A stretch of 63,580 nucleotides of DNA, filler included, from Sphacelaria rigidula (GCA_964200075.2; 9 parts of 9 records of this genome joined end to end with filler, not necessarily neighbours in it), one strand, 5' to 3'. Shown: positions 12,004 to 24,193, numbered from the whole stretch's first letter. Numbers and translations are program-made. The notes: a model not told the origin generated them from the letters alone.

Positions 12004-12261
12004 CTCACGTAAGACTGATGAGCTCGCTGCCTAGTCAACTGGGGGGGGGGGATATTCGGAAGCGTTATTCAGGGGACCGAGGTTACGAAGCTAAAGGTCA
12101 GGAATGTGCTCGCTACATACGCACACAAAAGCCACAAAAAAACAAGAAACAGGGACTGTGCCTCGTGCAACGAACTCATCACCAACCAGGCATGTCCACG
12201 TTCCAAGTTTTGGTTTGGCCGAGGTCATTTCAAATCAATCTCATCTTGGGGGGAAGCATCA

Positions 12262-12275
12262 GCAACAACGACAAC

Positions 12276-12309
<34 letters not shown>

Positions 12310-12313
12310 ACGA
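12262..12313. repeat. (CAA)n microsatellite
   Basis: Direct reading. Confidence 0.95.
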
Positions 12314-12335
12314 CATATTTGCCAACACAACCTAC

Positions 12336-12793
12336 CTTTCCCCGAGTAATAGCCTTCTCCACCTTCCTCAATATCCTATCCTTCTTCCTACCCGTCGCCG
12401 CGATATCCAGCTCCTCCAGCCCGCCCCCTCCATCCTTCCCCTCGTCACCCCCCTCGCCGTCACCTTGCCCATCGCCCCCACCTCCCGACCCCTGGCCTCC
12501 CCCGAACCCGCCCCCGCCTCCCGAACCGTTCACATCCCCTCCGCCATCATTGCCTCCATGGCCGCCGCCGCTATCTGTTTGCACGTGCAGGTTGGTGATA
12601 TCCACTGCGCTGCTACCACCTCCGACGCTCGCAGCGCTTCCCTTGTAGTGCTGCGTCAAGCCATTGTTGTTGTGCTCTGGCTTATCCTGTATGACGGAAT
12701 TGGGATATTCTCGTGAGGCAATGTTGAATGATCGACATGCGGCAACGACGGGGAATTCGCTCAGACTCTTGTACTGTATATATACCTCCCTCT
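12336..12793 (-). CDS. Probable internal exon of an unidentified protein (Gly-rich segment)
   Basis: Acceptor TCTGCAG| and donor AAG|GTAGG bound a stop-free frame REVYIQYKSLSEFPVV...GGGHGGNDGGG...LEELDIAATGRKKDRILRKVEKAITRGK. Confidence 0.55.
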
Positions 12794-13098
12794 CTGCAGA
12801 CGAGTGTTTAGCTCTCGGTGGTTTTGAGCGGAAATAGTAAAATTGCGTGTCTTGATTGGCTTAATTCGACTAATTGATGTCGTATGGTTAAAGTGATCCC
12901 CTAGGATATCAGCGGTGGTCACAATATACACCTTCTCGAGGTACCTTAGGTGGTCGCAATATATCCAGACAGAACTGTGCTCTTACGTGCACAGGTTAGT
13001 CCTGCCACTTCACCCAAACAGTGTCGACGGTGAAAATAGGACCCACACCAACCGCAGGTAACACAGCAAAGGAGGTTCCCTGCAACCGTATAGTATAC

Positions 13099-13247
13099 CA
13101 CATCCTGGGTAACGACGACACGATAGATACCTTTGTCAGAAAATGTACTGCGTACAGTATTAACAATTGTGTCGGCTGCCATAAACGATATATTCTATAC
13201 TGTACGCAGTACATTTTTTTTACGATGAATTTACCGTTCAGGGTGTG
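13099..13247. mobile_element. 8-bp-TSD MITE (CACACCCTG family)
   Basis: CACATCCTG...CAGGGTGTG termini and an internal AATGTACTGCGTACAGTAT inverted repeat. Homologous to 55980-56115 and ~53913-54030. Confidence 0.7.
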
Positions 13248-13511
13248 TAGCACAGCTAACCTAGAGTACACCGCGCCCCGTGATCGTTCATTCCACCACC
13301 TCCGTCATCATCTCACATCATTCCGGGACGTCAGGTACGGTCTGGGTGACGGTACCCGTTTGTGGTGGTTTGTTAGAACAATCAAGATGCACGAATTCTT
13401 GCCCGATCGACCCGAACATCAGTGTGCGTGTACAGTACATATCAAACGGTACCTGCTTCGGCGTGTGGCTTATCGCCGCTCGAAATGCACGGCCGCATCA
13501 AGTATTGGGGG

Positions 13512-13891
13512 ACAACATATCATTTCCCAAAAATGAATGGGGTTTCACCAGGGCACTTAACATTACACGTCGCAACTTGACGTTACACGTAACTTGACGT
13601 TACACGTAACTTGACGTTACACGAGGATTCCTGTTCAAAGTCACGTCAAATCAAATCAAGCATCGGGTAAGGCTATTATAGTACTAGTACTAGGGTGGGG
13701 GACCACGTCGACAACATATCATTTCCCAAAAATGAATGGGGTTTCACCAGGGCACTTAACATTACACGTCACAACTTGACGTTACACGTAACTTGACGTT
13801 ACACGCGGATTCCTGTTCAAAGTCACGTCAAATCAAATCAAGCATCGGGTAAGGCTATTATAGTACTAGTACTAGGGTGGGGGACCACGTC
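13512..13891. repeat. ~199-bp tandem duplication containing a 17-bp minisatellite
   Basis: Copies start at 13512 and 13711. AACTTGACGTTACACGT occurs 3x in the first copy and 2x in the second. Confidence 0.9.
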
Positions 13892-13968
13892 GTCCCCCAC
13901 CCTAGTACTAGCCTGGGTTAAGTTGTGACGTGTAACAAACTTTGTGACGTGTAACATCAAATGCCCTA
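13748..13968. mobile_element. MITE with 5S rRNA-like inverted segments (rearranged relative of 53273-53484)
   Basis: CAGGGCACTT...AAATGCCCTA termini, GTTACACGT subterminal motifs, CTAGTACTAGGGTGGGGGACCACGT in inverted arrangement, and the shared CCTGTTCAAAGTCA..TCAAATCA spacer. Confidence 0.7.
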
Positions 13969-14153
13969 CAGTAGTCAGCGTCAGAAGTATGCAGAATCCG
14001 ATATTTCTTAGTTTCTCAAAGATTGTCTAAATTTGTTTTGCTTGCCACCGCTCNNNNNNNNNNNNNNNNNNNNNNNNNNNNNNNNNNNNNNNNNNNNTTA
14101 ATTAATTAANNNNNNNNNNNNNNNNNNNNNNNNNNNNNNNNNNNNNNNNNNNN

Positions 14154-14220
14154 CTTTGTAGGGATGCGAGGTCAATGATCGGATGACTATAGCATGCATG
14201 ATCATGAGCACATCCCCCCT
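14154..14220 (+). mobile_element. 3' end of a LINE-family element
   Basis: GGGATGCGAGGTCAATG...GACTATAGCATGCATGATCATGAG, similar to the LINE 3' end at ~59605-59634/63484-63505. Also at 49531-49620, 43085-43132 (-) and ~56200-56240. Confidence 0.6.
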
Positions 14221-14299
14221 CATCTGGGTGGGAACAAGGAACACCCCACACCTCTTGTTTTGACCGCAGCTTCGCTGTGTTTGCCTGTTAATCGAGCGT

Positions 14300-14770
14300 C
14301 AAGTGATTCTTCGATACGACCGCGTGCCGCAAACGTACACTCTGTGCTTGTACTGTGAAACGCAGCGCAAACAACTCCCTCCGGTTTCTCATCCTACGGT
14401 CGCATCGCACGTGGGGGCAATCCTTTTGGGGGGGGGGGTGATGGATATACGACATACACCAGTGCAGACGGTGAGGATCGGCGAAGAACATCTTCATAGT
14501 CCACGATATTCATGCACCCTCTGGTGGTTACGACGCGGACTCGACACCTGAAACGCTGGTCGAGGCGACAACATATTCCAGCACCAGGGTCGTTCAGCAC
14601 GATACGGAAATATTGACGAAGTACTCACCGTACTGCGGCACAAGTATGTGGAGTACCGGATACGGGGGTGAAAGATGAGGGGCCGATGTTGGGCACTTAA
14701 CATCGGGAAAATGGACACCGACCCCCTCTCTGCGAAAAAAATGGCTCGTAATCGAGTCAGTCTTATGAAT
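14300..14770 (+). pseudogene. Decayed Ty1/Copia RNase H remnant
   Basis: YTSADGEDRRRTSS..IF (Y.DAD...DRRSTSG..F), RWSRRQ (W.SKKQ) and DTDPLSAKKMARNRVSLMN (TKPL...R..LMN). Confidence 0.5.
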
Positions 14771-15046
14771 TGTTTCAGTACATTCTGCAACAAACCTGTG
14801 ACTGACGTTGCTGTACACCTACCTGTACGCAGGGTTTCAAACAACAGAAAAAAAGAAACTGCTGCTCGTGCTGTTGTTGTGCCTCTCTTGGTGCGGCATG
14901 TCGTTGTGCCAATCTTTCGACACGGTTATCTCGGAAACCAAGCAGAGGATCGGACCAGTAGAGTTCATCACTTGGGATGGTGAGAAATTTCTCAGATATT
15001 TCAACTCGATTTCAGTGTGAACAGCGAAAATCCGGATCTTTAATGG

Positions 15047-15260
15047 GGTTATGCTTCAAGCGTGCTCCTAGCTTGCGCAGAACGCGTTTTGGTCGAAATC
15101 GCCGATTTGAGGTCTGGCAACGCACCCTTTGCCTACGTAACCCTCTCCACCCCCTCGCCCGAGGGTTCTCGGTGTGCCTTCGTTAGGGTTAGGGTTAGGG
15201 TTGGTGTTGGTGTTATAGTTTTTTCGAAGAGGGGAGCGTTCATTCGCAGCTGTTATAACC
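15047..15260. repeat. Dispersed repeat with internal (TTAGGG)3
   Basis: TTAGGGTTAGGGTTAGGG at ~15183-15200. Possible GGTTAT...ATAACC ends. Homologous to 3620-3762 and 29800-29915. Confidence 0.6.
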
Positions 15261-17330
15261 AAACAATCTCATCTCCGCCCGCAGATTTGTGGCGTGGGAA
15301 AGATCTCGACGAACTACCTTTCAGTCACAACGGCCACGACTTTCTCGCGTTCGGAGAACCCTGTGCGCAATAGGACCACCATCAACGCCACGGTCCCAGT
15401 CAAACGTGCGCTTAAACATGCCAGTGTCGTTACTTGTGTCATGGACTTTACGATGAGACTGACTAGGACGGCACACGAGCAGCGAAGGACCAAATAACGA
15501 ATAACGAGAAGAAACTGACATTCACGTGTACGGAGGGTCCTACACTTTGAGAGCGCCCCCGTGTATGGAAAATATCTGGCGTGATTACCATTGTCGGCCA
15601 ATACTGGCCGAGTCAAGCGCTAAGGTCGGATTGGCTTCGAGCCGTATGATACACTTACAAATGCCATGTACATGTTCGCGGCACGTGCGGTATCTGTGAG
15701 AGGTTAAGTTTGGAGTTTGGGGAGTAGCGGTTGGCACAGAGAGCAAAAACAAAATGGCTACCGGATAAGAGGCGTTATCCTAAGCATTGAAAAAGGCTAA
15801 ACGGAGGGTTTGCCCGGAGCAAATTTGTGGACGCGTAGTTCCTCTCGCCCCTCTTCCGGAGAACAACTTTGCGAACATTGTCATAATTTTCGTGATCTGT
15901 TTAACGTGTTGAAGAAATGGATCAGAAACACTGACAAAAACCGAGAAGTCTGGGGGGCTTTGCGATGTTCGTATTTTTGCTCCTTCTCCTTGCCCGCTCT
16001 GTCCTGATGACCTCAGATGCCGGCCACGCTCACACACATATATGAACACGAGCGCACGGTAGCGACAACCTGTAGCCAAAGTAGCAGTCGCTCCAGAAGA
16101 TATATCGAGGCCTTAGCAATTACAGTAGAGGGAGCTGCTATAGATGAGCTTGGGCGAGGGGGGGGGGGTGTTCGCTATCTCAGCGGTCTCCATGCCAAAG
16201 ATCTGTGTACACGGCAGCTGACCGCATCGGCCAACGCCTCGGCTATAAAGTAGGGATAACAGGCTAGGTGCCACCCCTCCCCTTCTCATCAATCAGTTTT
16301 CGATCTTGGGGCCTACGTGTCCAGAAATTATATTTCGGCAGAACCTTGGCTAAACCGAGCTTTCTTCGGTCGGTTCGACTAGTTCACCGATACCAGTTAA
16401 ACGTGATGAGCACAGGAAAACGCTCGCAAAGTATTGAATAGCTCAGTAAAGTAGGCGTTAGCCTCGTGTGTTTTGTATGTGGTGGGGTCATTGACATGCT
16501 CCAACACACCCATGGGCGGTGACGGCAACGTTTAATCTCACACTTCCGCATCCGCGCAACATCTGTGGAACGTACAGCACAGTGGCTGGTGACACCAATT
16601 TCAATGCTTGACGGGATATGGTGTTGGTGATTACGTGAACAGCCGTTGTTTGAAACTTGGAACTGGCATGAACAAATCGACAAGGCATGGACACGAAATA
16701 CTACTCTGTCCATGTGCAGATTCTCCGGCGCGAGCAACAGCGTGGAAGCCAACATAGGGGCGATGAGGAGGAAAATCTGCACCCCCCATCCCAGGCCCGC
16801 CCCTGCGACCCTACGCCCAAAAACAGGAGGGAGGAGCAAGGGTAGTTCTCTTCCTCAACTTTGCATGGAAAAAAGTGCAGCGCCTCAGAGTCCCAATTCG
16901 ACAAAAACACCAGACAACAGAAAACCCACAGTAGCCGCAAACCACGCGATCGCGCCTTTTTTCTGGGGAAATTTGCCCAACGGAATGAACGGTGACGAAA
17001 TAAACTTACAAGGACGATGGACGGCAAGACATCGCATCAACCTCCATCAAGATCAAACACCCACGGCCAGGCCAGACATTTCGTGTGCGCGAGCATCATG
17101 AGAGCACTCTACGCCAGTAAACTAAAGCGGATCTTCACAATCAACGGTCATTCACGCCCACTTGCTGTGTTGAAAAAGGAAAAACGCAGTCCTACACTAC
17201 TCTGCGTGACATCGGCATTCAGAGACCTGTAGTGCTTGACTCCTCTTCGCGAAAGATTCCTCTGCCGTCGCCCAATTTCGCCTGAATTTCACCGGTCTAA
17301 CCGCCGGAACAATGCCTCCTTTCCCGGTAG

Positions 17331-17510
17331 AACCGGAACGAGTAAACGTCTACGAGGTTTTCCAGCAACCCGTTATAACCGATTCTTTTTTCAACGGTAC
17401 CCAATTCTACTTCGGAGTGTTCTGCTTCATCTTCCTACTGTTACCCGCTGGGCAAGACATCACGCGGCATGTGATCGCCGGTCTGCATATGGATTTGATG
17501 CCTGGCTGCG
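17331..17510 (+). CDS. Probable 180-bp exon of a membrane protein (unidentified)
   Basis: Pyrimidine tract + TAG acceptor and G|GTGAG donor, phase 1-1. Stop-free frame EPERVNVYEVFQQPVITDSFFNGTQFYFGVFCFIFLLLPAGQDITRHVIAGLHMDLMPGC with one hydrophobic helix. Confidence 0.5.
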
Positions 17511-17641
17511 GTGAGGGATGGGGTCTCGTCGCCGGCGGGGCGGCACGGTCTAAGGCCAGCCTCTGCAGGTGAAATTCTCCTTACCGCTGTTTTATACCGT
17601 GCAAGCCGAGAAACCCGGGGTTAACGACGTACCAGCCTTAA

Positions 17642-18404
17642 CCCTTAGACAGCGAGCGCAGCCTTGGAATAGTTTCACAGACTAAAAGTCCGGAGACATT
17701 GAAGGTTTCCATTCGCCGGGGGGGGGGGGATTTTGACCGGGGGTGGGGGGGGGGGGTTGGCTGTCCGCAGAGGAGCCGAAAAGCTCACCAAGTCAACCAT
17801 TTGTGTTTGGAAGTTTCCCGCGGGAAATGATGAGCCATGCACGAGGCCGGAGAGGCGCGGGATGCCCATTTTGACCAACCACACTCGTCCAAATTAGCAC
17901 GTTCTCCCGGTTCGGGTGGACTACATTGGACTAATTCGCTGTCTACCCCCACGACTCATTTGGGTCATGCGAAATCAACCATAGATTGCATGGGTACAAA
18001 TAACTTGTTTTGTATTCTGCTCGTGGTCTACGTCGCCTGCCTGAGCCCCCATGCGCTGCCAGCATAGCTTCACACTGTCTGTAGTGTTGTTGTTCAGCAC
18101 TAGGCAGAGGCACCAGCAGCATGCAGTAAATTTTGTTCAGCGGAGAGCGATGGCACACTCATATAGTCTCTCGCCGTTGTATCCAGTGAAGACATACAGC
18201 ACACATGCATTTACCGACTCTGCACGCAATTGGCTTCAGGGTCAAAACTAGTCAGGGGTTCTCCGGGACTCTGTTCTATATCGATGACAATTATCCACAT
18301 GTTCATGAGAAAGGCGTTTTGCGTAGCGAGAAAAGAGCAGTTTTGAACCCCAAATGTGGCTTAGTCCAAGTCACTCCACCCATACGGGGATCGCTGTCTA
18401 AGGG
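17642..18404. mobile_element. Longer non-autonomous piggyBac-like element
   Basis: TTAA|CCCTTAGACAGCGA ... TCGCTGTCTAAGGG|TTGA, a perfect 14-bp TIR. Confidence 0.75.
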
Positions 18405-19177
18405 TTGAAGTGATCGACCGTCAAGTGTATAATGTCTATTCACTACACAGGTAATTGCTCTGGGCGAATGGAAGTACACTATCGGGGTAGGGTGGGCTGC
18501 GACCACGCCTCGTCACCTGCGACACCCACAGCAAGACGAGAGCAAGGCCTGGTGTACAGAACTTGAAACTTACTTGTCCGTTCTGTGTGTGGCTGTCCAG
18601 CATGTGGGCAGGGCGAACGCCGTTTGATTGGCCGCATCTGCTTGGAGCGACACGCATTTTAACGAAGTTAGCTCCGCCTTCGCAAGACGTGCTGCCTCAG
18701 CGATCTTCTCAAGATAGTACCAGTCCCGACGGACTCTCTGCGAAACGATGGGTGGGGTAAAGCGGTAAAAGGAACGAGATGCGGTGAAGGCAGCCAAATA
18801 TAAAAGGGATTGCGCCGGCAGCGGGCTGGCGATTGGGCGCGTGCCACGTATCTACAGTATCGGTCGGCTTTAACTTGTCCCGTAGTTCTACCTCTTGTAG
18901 ATGGTTGTGTCGTGGGTTTGGGGTTAGACTGCATATTTAAGCAGGCCCGTCGGTCTAACGAACGCACGTTCGAACTCACCCCCGCACAGCAGACAGGGAC
19001 GCATTGTAACGCGCGCGCAGCATACGGCATCGACACGCACAAGCACAGCAACAGCTCATACAAACTACAGCCCTTCAAATTATCGTACATGCTTGGCCTG
19101 GAGGCAACGCAGCTGCTCTTGTGTGTACACATCAGTTTTCGTACGTATTGACGCCTACAGTACCGCGAAACACTGCA

Positions 19178-19273
19178 AGGGCACGTGGGGTAGAGTATAC
19201 TCCATTGCGGGGTATTTTGAAAGACGCACTTGAGGTACGTACTCAAATTAGGGTAGAGTGTAAGGAGTCGTAC
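19178..19273 (+). mobile_element. Partial copy of the 48987-49190 MITE
   Basis: AGGGCACGTGGGGTAGAGTATACTCCATTGCGGGGTATTTTGAAAGACG...CTCAAATTAGGGTAGAGTGT matches its left half. Confidence 0.75.
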
Positions 19274-20559
19274 ATGGGGTAATCGAGCTTCGAAATTCGG
19301 TCCAGGGGCTGTGCGATCACTCGCACAATTACGGGCACTTTCTGTACACATTGGCATGACTCGAGCCTATTGTTCTCGAAGCCCTGGACATGATAATAAA
19401 AACATCGCCGCTTTATATGTATCACATAACGCTCCTTCAAGTTCCTACTGCGAGTCTAGACGGTGAACTGTTGTGGCATACCACTTACTGGCATCCTCTC
19501 CAGATACGACAGTAGTACAACAGCACCTTGAGATGGTGTGATGAGTGCAATTTGAGATACAGTCAGTGTAGCGGGATAGGTGCAAGTGATACAAAAGGCG
19601 TGCATGAGGTGACACTGCTGCCCTCTGCGCTTATATCCCATTTACTGTACTGTTGCTATTGTATGTACTGCTGCGCGCACTGCACTTTATCCCGTTGTCC
19701 TAGACAGGTAAAAGTCAGATGGAACAGCGGAAGCAAAAAAGGACAACGCACCGCGATCGCTGACCTCGACACGTATGTGCCTCCTGCTTCACTTCAGCTT
19801 CCTCCACGGCCGTTGTTGGATCCTGCGTCGCCCGTACCCCGGGACTGCCGTTCAAGGTGTCTCTGGAGAAAGTGCAAGCGTGATATTTCATGAACGCGCT
19901 CCCGACCTTTGGCTTCAGCTTCGGCCAAGCCTCTTTCCAAATCTGGTAGAAAAACGTTTTCCTCACAGGTAACCTCTACGGATGTTGCTCGCCGTAGTGA
20001 TCTTACCCCTTTAATACTTATGTAGCTCTTGAAGGTGGATCGCAACGAGACCCCATGACGGCCGAACTGCCATCGTCGCGGGTAGGCTTGTACCGATTAT
20101 GCTAATACCCCCGTCTCATATCCCACGATAATCTGGAAAAGTTAAAACATAAGCATAACAAGTATAAGCCCAGCCCCCGCCATCAAGAGCACTTCGGTCG
20201 TATCAAACCCCCAATAGTGCTCTGCTGTGTTCATGTCCTTTCGGGAGTCGCCTGCCTACTTATTATTTTTATTATATCCTTCACATTAGCTCAATCTCTC
20301 GAACCCGTGGTCGCAGAGTGCAAGGAGTATACCACCCGTACAAATAACCCAAACAGCCCGCAGAAGAAGGCGAAAAACAACATATTTGCACGAAAAAACA
20401 GGCACCTACACGACGAAAGATCTATATTATGATACCAATTGAACTACAGAAGACCTGCTTGTACTGGACTATATGAAGTCCCCGCGTGTGACCCTTCCGA
20501 CTACTTTGCCACGTATTGGTTTATACACAGAGTAGTAACAGCGAGTGAGCCGAAAATCC

Positions 20560-20712
20560 TTTCTTTCCTTTCTGAGGCCGTTGCTTCTGTCGTTTTCTGT
20601 TCCTTTCTTTATTCTTTATTCTTTATTATTATCTTTTATTTTTTGTTGCTCCCGACCACGGGCTAGATTGTTACAATCAGCTAATGTGAGATAATCAATC
20701 AATCAACCAATC
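20560..20712 (+). mobile_element. Retroelement 3' tail ending in (ATCA)n (second tail family)
   Basis: GACCACGGGCTAGATTGTTACAATCAGCTAATGTGAGATAATCAATCAATCAA. Reverse-strand homologue at ~52168-52240. Confidence 0.6.
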
Positions 20713-20918
20713 GAAACTGCATGTAGAGGTGAATACAATTTATATTAATAGATACCACGTGAACGGATGCCGGATAACATATAACAACCGATTTTAAATT
20801 TTGGGGTTCAACACTAAAATGGGGCTGAAGTCGCATTTCTCTCTTGCAGGAAAGATACGAAAAAGTAACACAGAGCGAAAGTATCTTCCCCCCCCCCAAA
20901 CTCCGCAGGAGGACTTGA

Positions 20919-21022
20919 CCGTCAGACCGCGAGAGTAGGTCACCTGCTGACTCGGCATCAATTTTCACTTGGAAAAAGTACACGCGTGGTCCAGACCGAC
21001 TACCAACACCGCGGTCCAAGGG
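20919..21022. mobile_element. piggyBac-like mini-MITE
   Basis: TTGA|CCGTCAGACCGCGAG ... CGCGGTCCAAGGG|TTAA. A further truncated inverted copy lies at 21230-21312. Confidence 0.75.
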
Positions 21023-21317
21023 TTAAGCAACAACTCTGGCTAGGTGCACCCAACGAAATGCGGTGTACACGCGTGTCGATGGCGATATCACCAGAGAGAG
21101 AAGCAACGACAGAGAGGAAGCTCCTCGCCNNNNNNNNNNNNNNNNNNNNNNNNNNNNNNNNNNNNNNNNNNNNTTAATTAATTAANNNNNNNNNNNNNNN
21201 NNNNNNNNNNNNNNNNNNNNNNNNNNNNNGGTAGTCTATCTGGATCATGCATACTTTTTTCAAATTCAATTGATGCCGATTCAATAGATGACCTACTCTC
21301 GCTGTCTATGGGTTAAC

Positions 21318-22005
21318 TTGAGTTCACTCATTCTCTGATAACTCGACGCTGAGTTATACGGTACAAGTCAGCGGTACATGCTCCCACAGTCTCAGCTACA
21401 TGGTGTAGCTCAGCGTTACCTTTCCTTAAATTTGGTCTGGTTACTTCAACCGTCATAAAAGCCTTGGGAAATTTTATCCGCTCCTGGACAAAAACTCGAT
21501 TCTTCCCGAACACAGCAGCGAACCTTTCTTTCACTCAAGTCTACGGGCAGACGTCACACGTCACGTGTTTCCTCTCGCACTGGCTAGTACTGACAGCTGT
21601 GATATGCATGTTTCCGCTTGAGAGATGTATAAAACGTAACGTACCTCGTGAAGTTAAGTCCCCGGTGACTTTTACAACATATCATAAATGACTTTAGCAC
21701 GAGTTTATACCAAGTTATACGGTTAAACTCAGCGGTGACCTTTCCCATGGCATGAGCTAAATGGTATAACTCAGTGGTATCTTTTTCACTGTCTGAGTTA
21801 TACCCCAAAACTCAGCCGTACCTTTTGTCCCGTTGGCTACATTAGTGTATGGTGAAACGCAGCGGTACTCTCTTCCATTGGCTGAGTTATATGGTGAGCG
21901 CAGCGGCGCCTATTTCCACCGGCGGAGCTATTCGGTATAAAACCCAGCGGTACCTGCTTCCATTCTATGGGTTTTGCGAGTAGCATATAACTGAGTTAAC
22001 TCATG
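21318..22005. repeat. Foldback-like element with degenerate ~42-bp tandem units
   Basis: AACTCAGCGG-like anchors at ~21726, 21768, 21809, 21856, 21897 and 21941, plus similar units at 21350-21425. Ends TGAGTTCACTCA / CTGAGTTAACTCA are inverted. Confidence 0.6.
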
Positions 22006-22035
22006 AGCTGTCTGACGTTTGAAAGAGTTTCTGTT

Positions 22036-22037
<2 letters not shown>

Positions 22038-22069
<32 letters not shown>
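22038..22069. repeat. (TG)n microsatellite
   Basis: Direct reading. Confidence 0.95.
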
Positions 22070-22072
<3 letters not shown>

Positions 22073-23948
22073 TTTCCCCGTGTTTTTTTCGCTATACTAC
22101 CATTCCCTTTCCCTCCTCAGGATCGAGTCCGTACCTAGTTTCCTGGGATGATCAACCCAAAATCTTCCGTGACGATAACCTACCTGCCTCGACAATTTTT
22201 TGTGAAGCATTGAAACGCTGTGTCAATACTGCAGCAGTCCGGCAATTTTTAGTTTTTCGGCGATTGTTGTGCTTGTGTCGTCCCTTTGACTGCGTACGGT
22301 GGGTTCATTTGTGAATCGGCATCACTGTATCACTTGAAAGAAGAAGGAATGAAATTACTAATTTACTGTGGGAGACTAAGAGAAAGAAATGGCCAAATAT
22401 TGTCGGAGATTCGAGCCGCCTGATTCGCCAAAAACTGGCCGATGATTTTCGAGGCTAACCACAGGGGCGCGGGGGGTTTCATGATGCACGTGTACAGTAC
22501 ACGCAGTACTGCACCATTCCATTTTTGACCTGCGGGTTGATTAACCTATGGCTGTGTTTCATGGAGCGTTCGTCAACGTCATTTTGTTCGGTATAGTGCA
22601 TCACATGCATATCAATTGTCCTTTTTGGCCGGCGGTCAATATTCCGAGAGGATAGTCGGCGGCCCTTTTCAGGTTCTTCCGCCCAGTCACTGTCGGAACG
22701 GCTTTTTTTTTTCGACGTGACAGACCTAATCATCATACAAGTATCTCGAGCTCCAGTTTTCCGATATATATTTCAAAGTCAAATAAATAATTATACCTGC
22801 AAGTTTGATGAGATCCGCACAGTGTGGTGGTCTACACTGTAGAGGCAGTGACGCCGTGTCTTGGGGCGTGTTCAAGCATTTTTTCTAGTCGAAAAAGTGC
22901 GGTGGAAAAGAAAAATTCCGTCTGATGGGCCGTCAGCATCTCAAACATGGATGAATGACGTTACAAAAATGACGGATCATCCTCACCCATCAGAGGATTG
23001 TTTTTTTCTTCCGACATTATTTTTCGATCAAAGAATAATTTGCTAAATCACGACCTTATTGAGCTGGAGAAAAAACGCGACAAAAAAAAGCGAGCAAGGC
23101 AAAAGCCGCCTGCCGACAACGATCACTCTGGGCCTTGACGAGGAAGAAATACGAAACGGACTTTCTTGGAGTAGCAGTGAAATTTTTGGCACCGGACACA
23201 GTCGGGAACGGGTCTGGAGAATCTCAACGGGTGTGACTGAAACGCCCCGTTGTCATCGATATTGTTTTGTCGGATATTTCCGAAGATTTTGAGACATTTC
23301 GGACTCTGGGTTCGGTCATGTCCGAAAATGAAGCGCCTTGATTTTGTTTCCTCCGCAACCTCACATTTGGAGCAATCCGAACAATTCGGCCTGCATGACA
23401 GCACTCAGGATATACTAACTGTTGTGCGAGGACCGGAGAATCATCGCTGGTTTGAATCCCCAAATTCACGATTTCTGCGGCCTGATTACTCTATAGAAAA
23501 AAATGGTTTGACCACGGGTGAAAAAAATGATCTACAGTACGTGTCCAGACTCGACGAAACCCGATAATATCACACCGCACGTTTTATCTTTTTGTCGAAA
23601 TATTGTCGATATGATAACGATAACGATGTTTCGATACGATACATCGAAACTTTCGATACGATATCCAACACCAACTCGCAAGCGTACGAGAGTCATCAGC
23701 CGCCCTACCAGTGGCAGCCTGGGCTGTTTCGGAGAGGTAAAAGCGCTCGTGAGTCTGGCCGGAGTGGCATCATCGGGTCGGCGAAGGCGAGCCAACGACA
23801 AGATGGGTGCTGCACTGTGCCTGTGATGAGAGGTCTAACCGAAACGGCAGGACTCGACGACATCGTTACCCTCTGGATCGTTTTCAATATCTCCGAAATT
23901 TCAGGGCCCTCTCCAACAATCGTTTTTTTAGATAGTAAATTGAACTGA

Positions 23949-24193
23949 GGCCGTGTCTTATTATCATCATTTTTCTTCTTCGATTGCAAACGTACGGCGG
24001 GGGGAGGAAATAAATTGTTTGTATATCTGGTGCGTTCACGTCACTTGATGTTTTCAACACTCTGAGAACTTGAATGACATGGACCAGATAGTCGAGAGCA
24101 TGAATGATATGGATGCATCGGATACGAACGATTTTTTCCCGCCGCACGTTTTCGATACCATAAGAAAGGAAAAGGAATGATTGAGACACGGCC
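23949..24193. mobile_element. PIF/Harbinger (Tourist-like) MITE
   Basis: TGA|GGCCGTGTCTTA ... TGAGACACGGCC|TAA. Related copies in the opposite orientation at ~22852-23060 and 25025-25219 share CGAAAAAGTGCGGTGGAAAA. Confidence 0.75.

Noticed and set aside
12018-12716. Plus-strand extensin-like, poly-T, poly-Q and poly-N ORFs
   Set aside because: These are shadows of a (CAA)n microsatellite and of the minus-strand Gly-rich exon.
13549-13891. 17-bp repeats as a CRISPR array
   Set aside because: The units are directly adjacent with no spacers and are part of a MITE duplication.
21700-21965. CRISPR-like periodic palindromic repeats
   Set aside because: The units are degenerate along their whole length, with no unique spacers and no cas genes, in a eukaryotic context.
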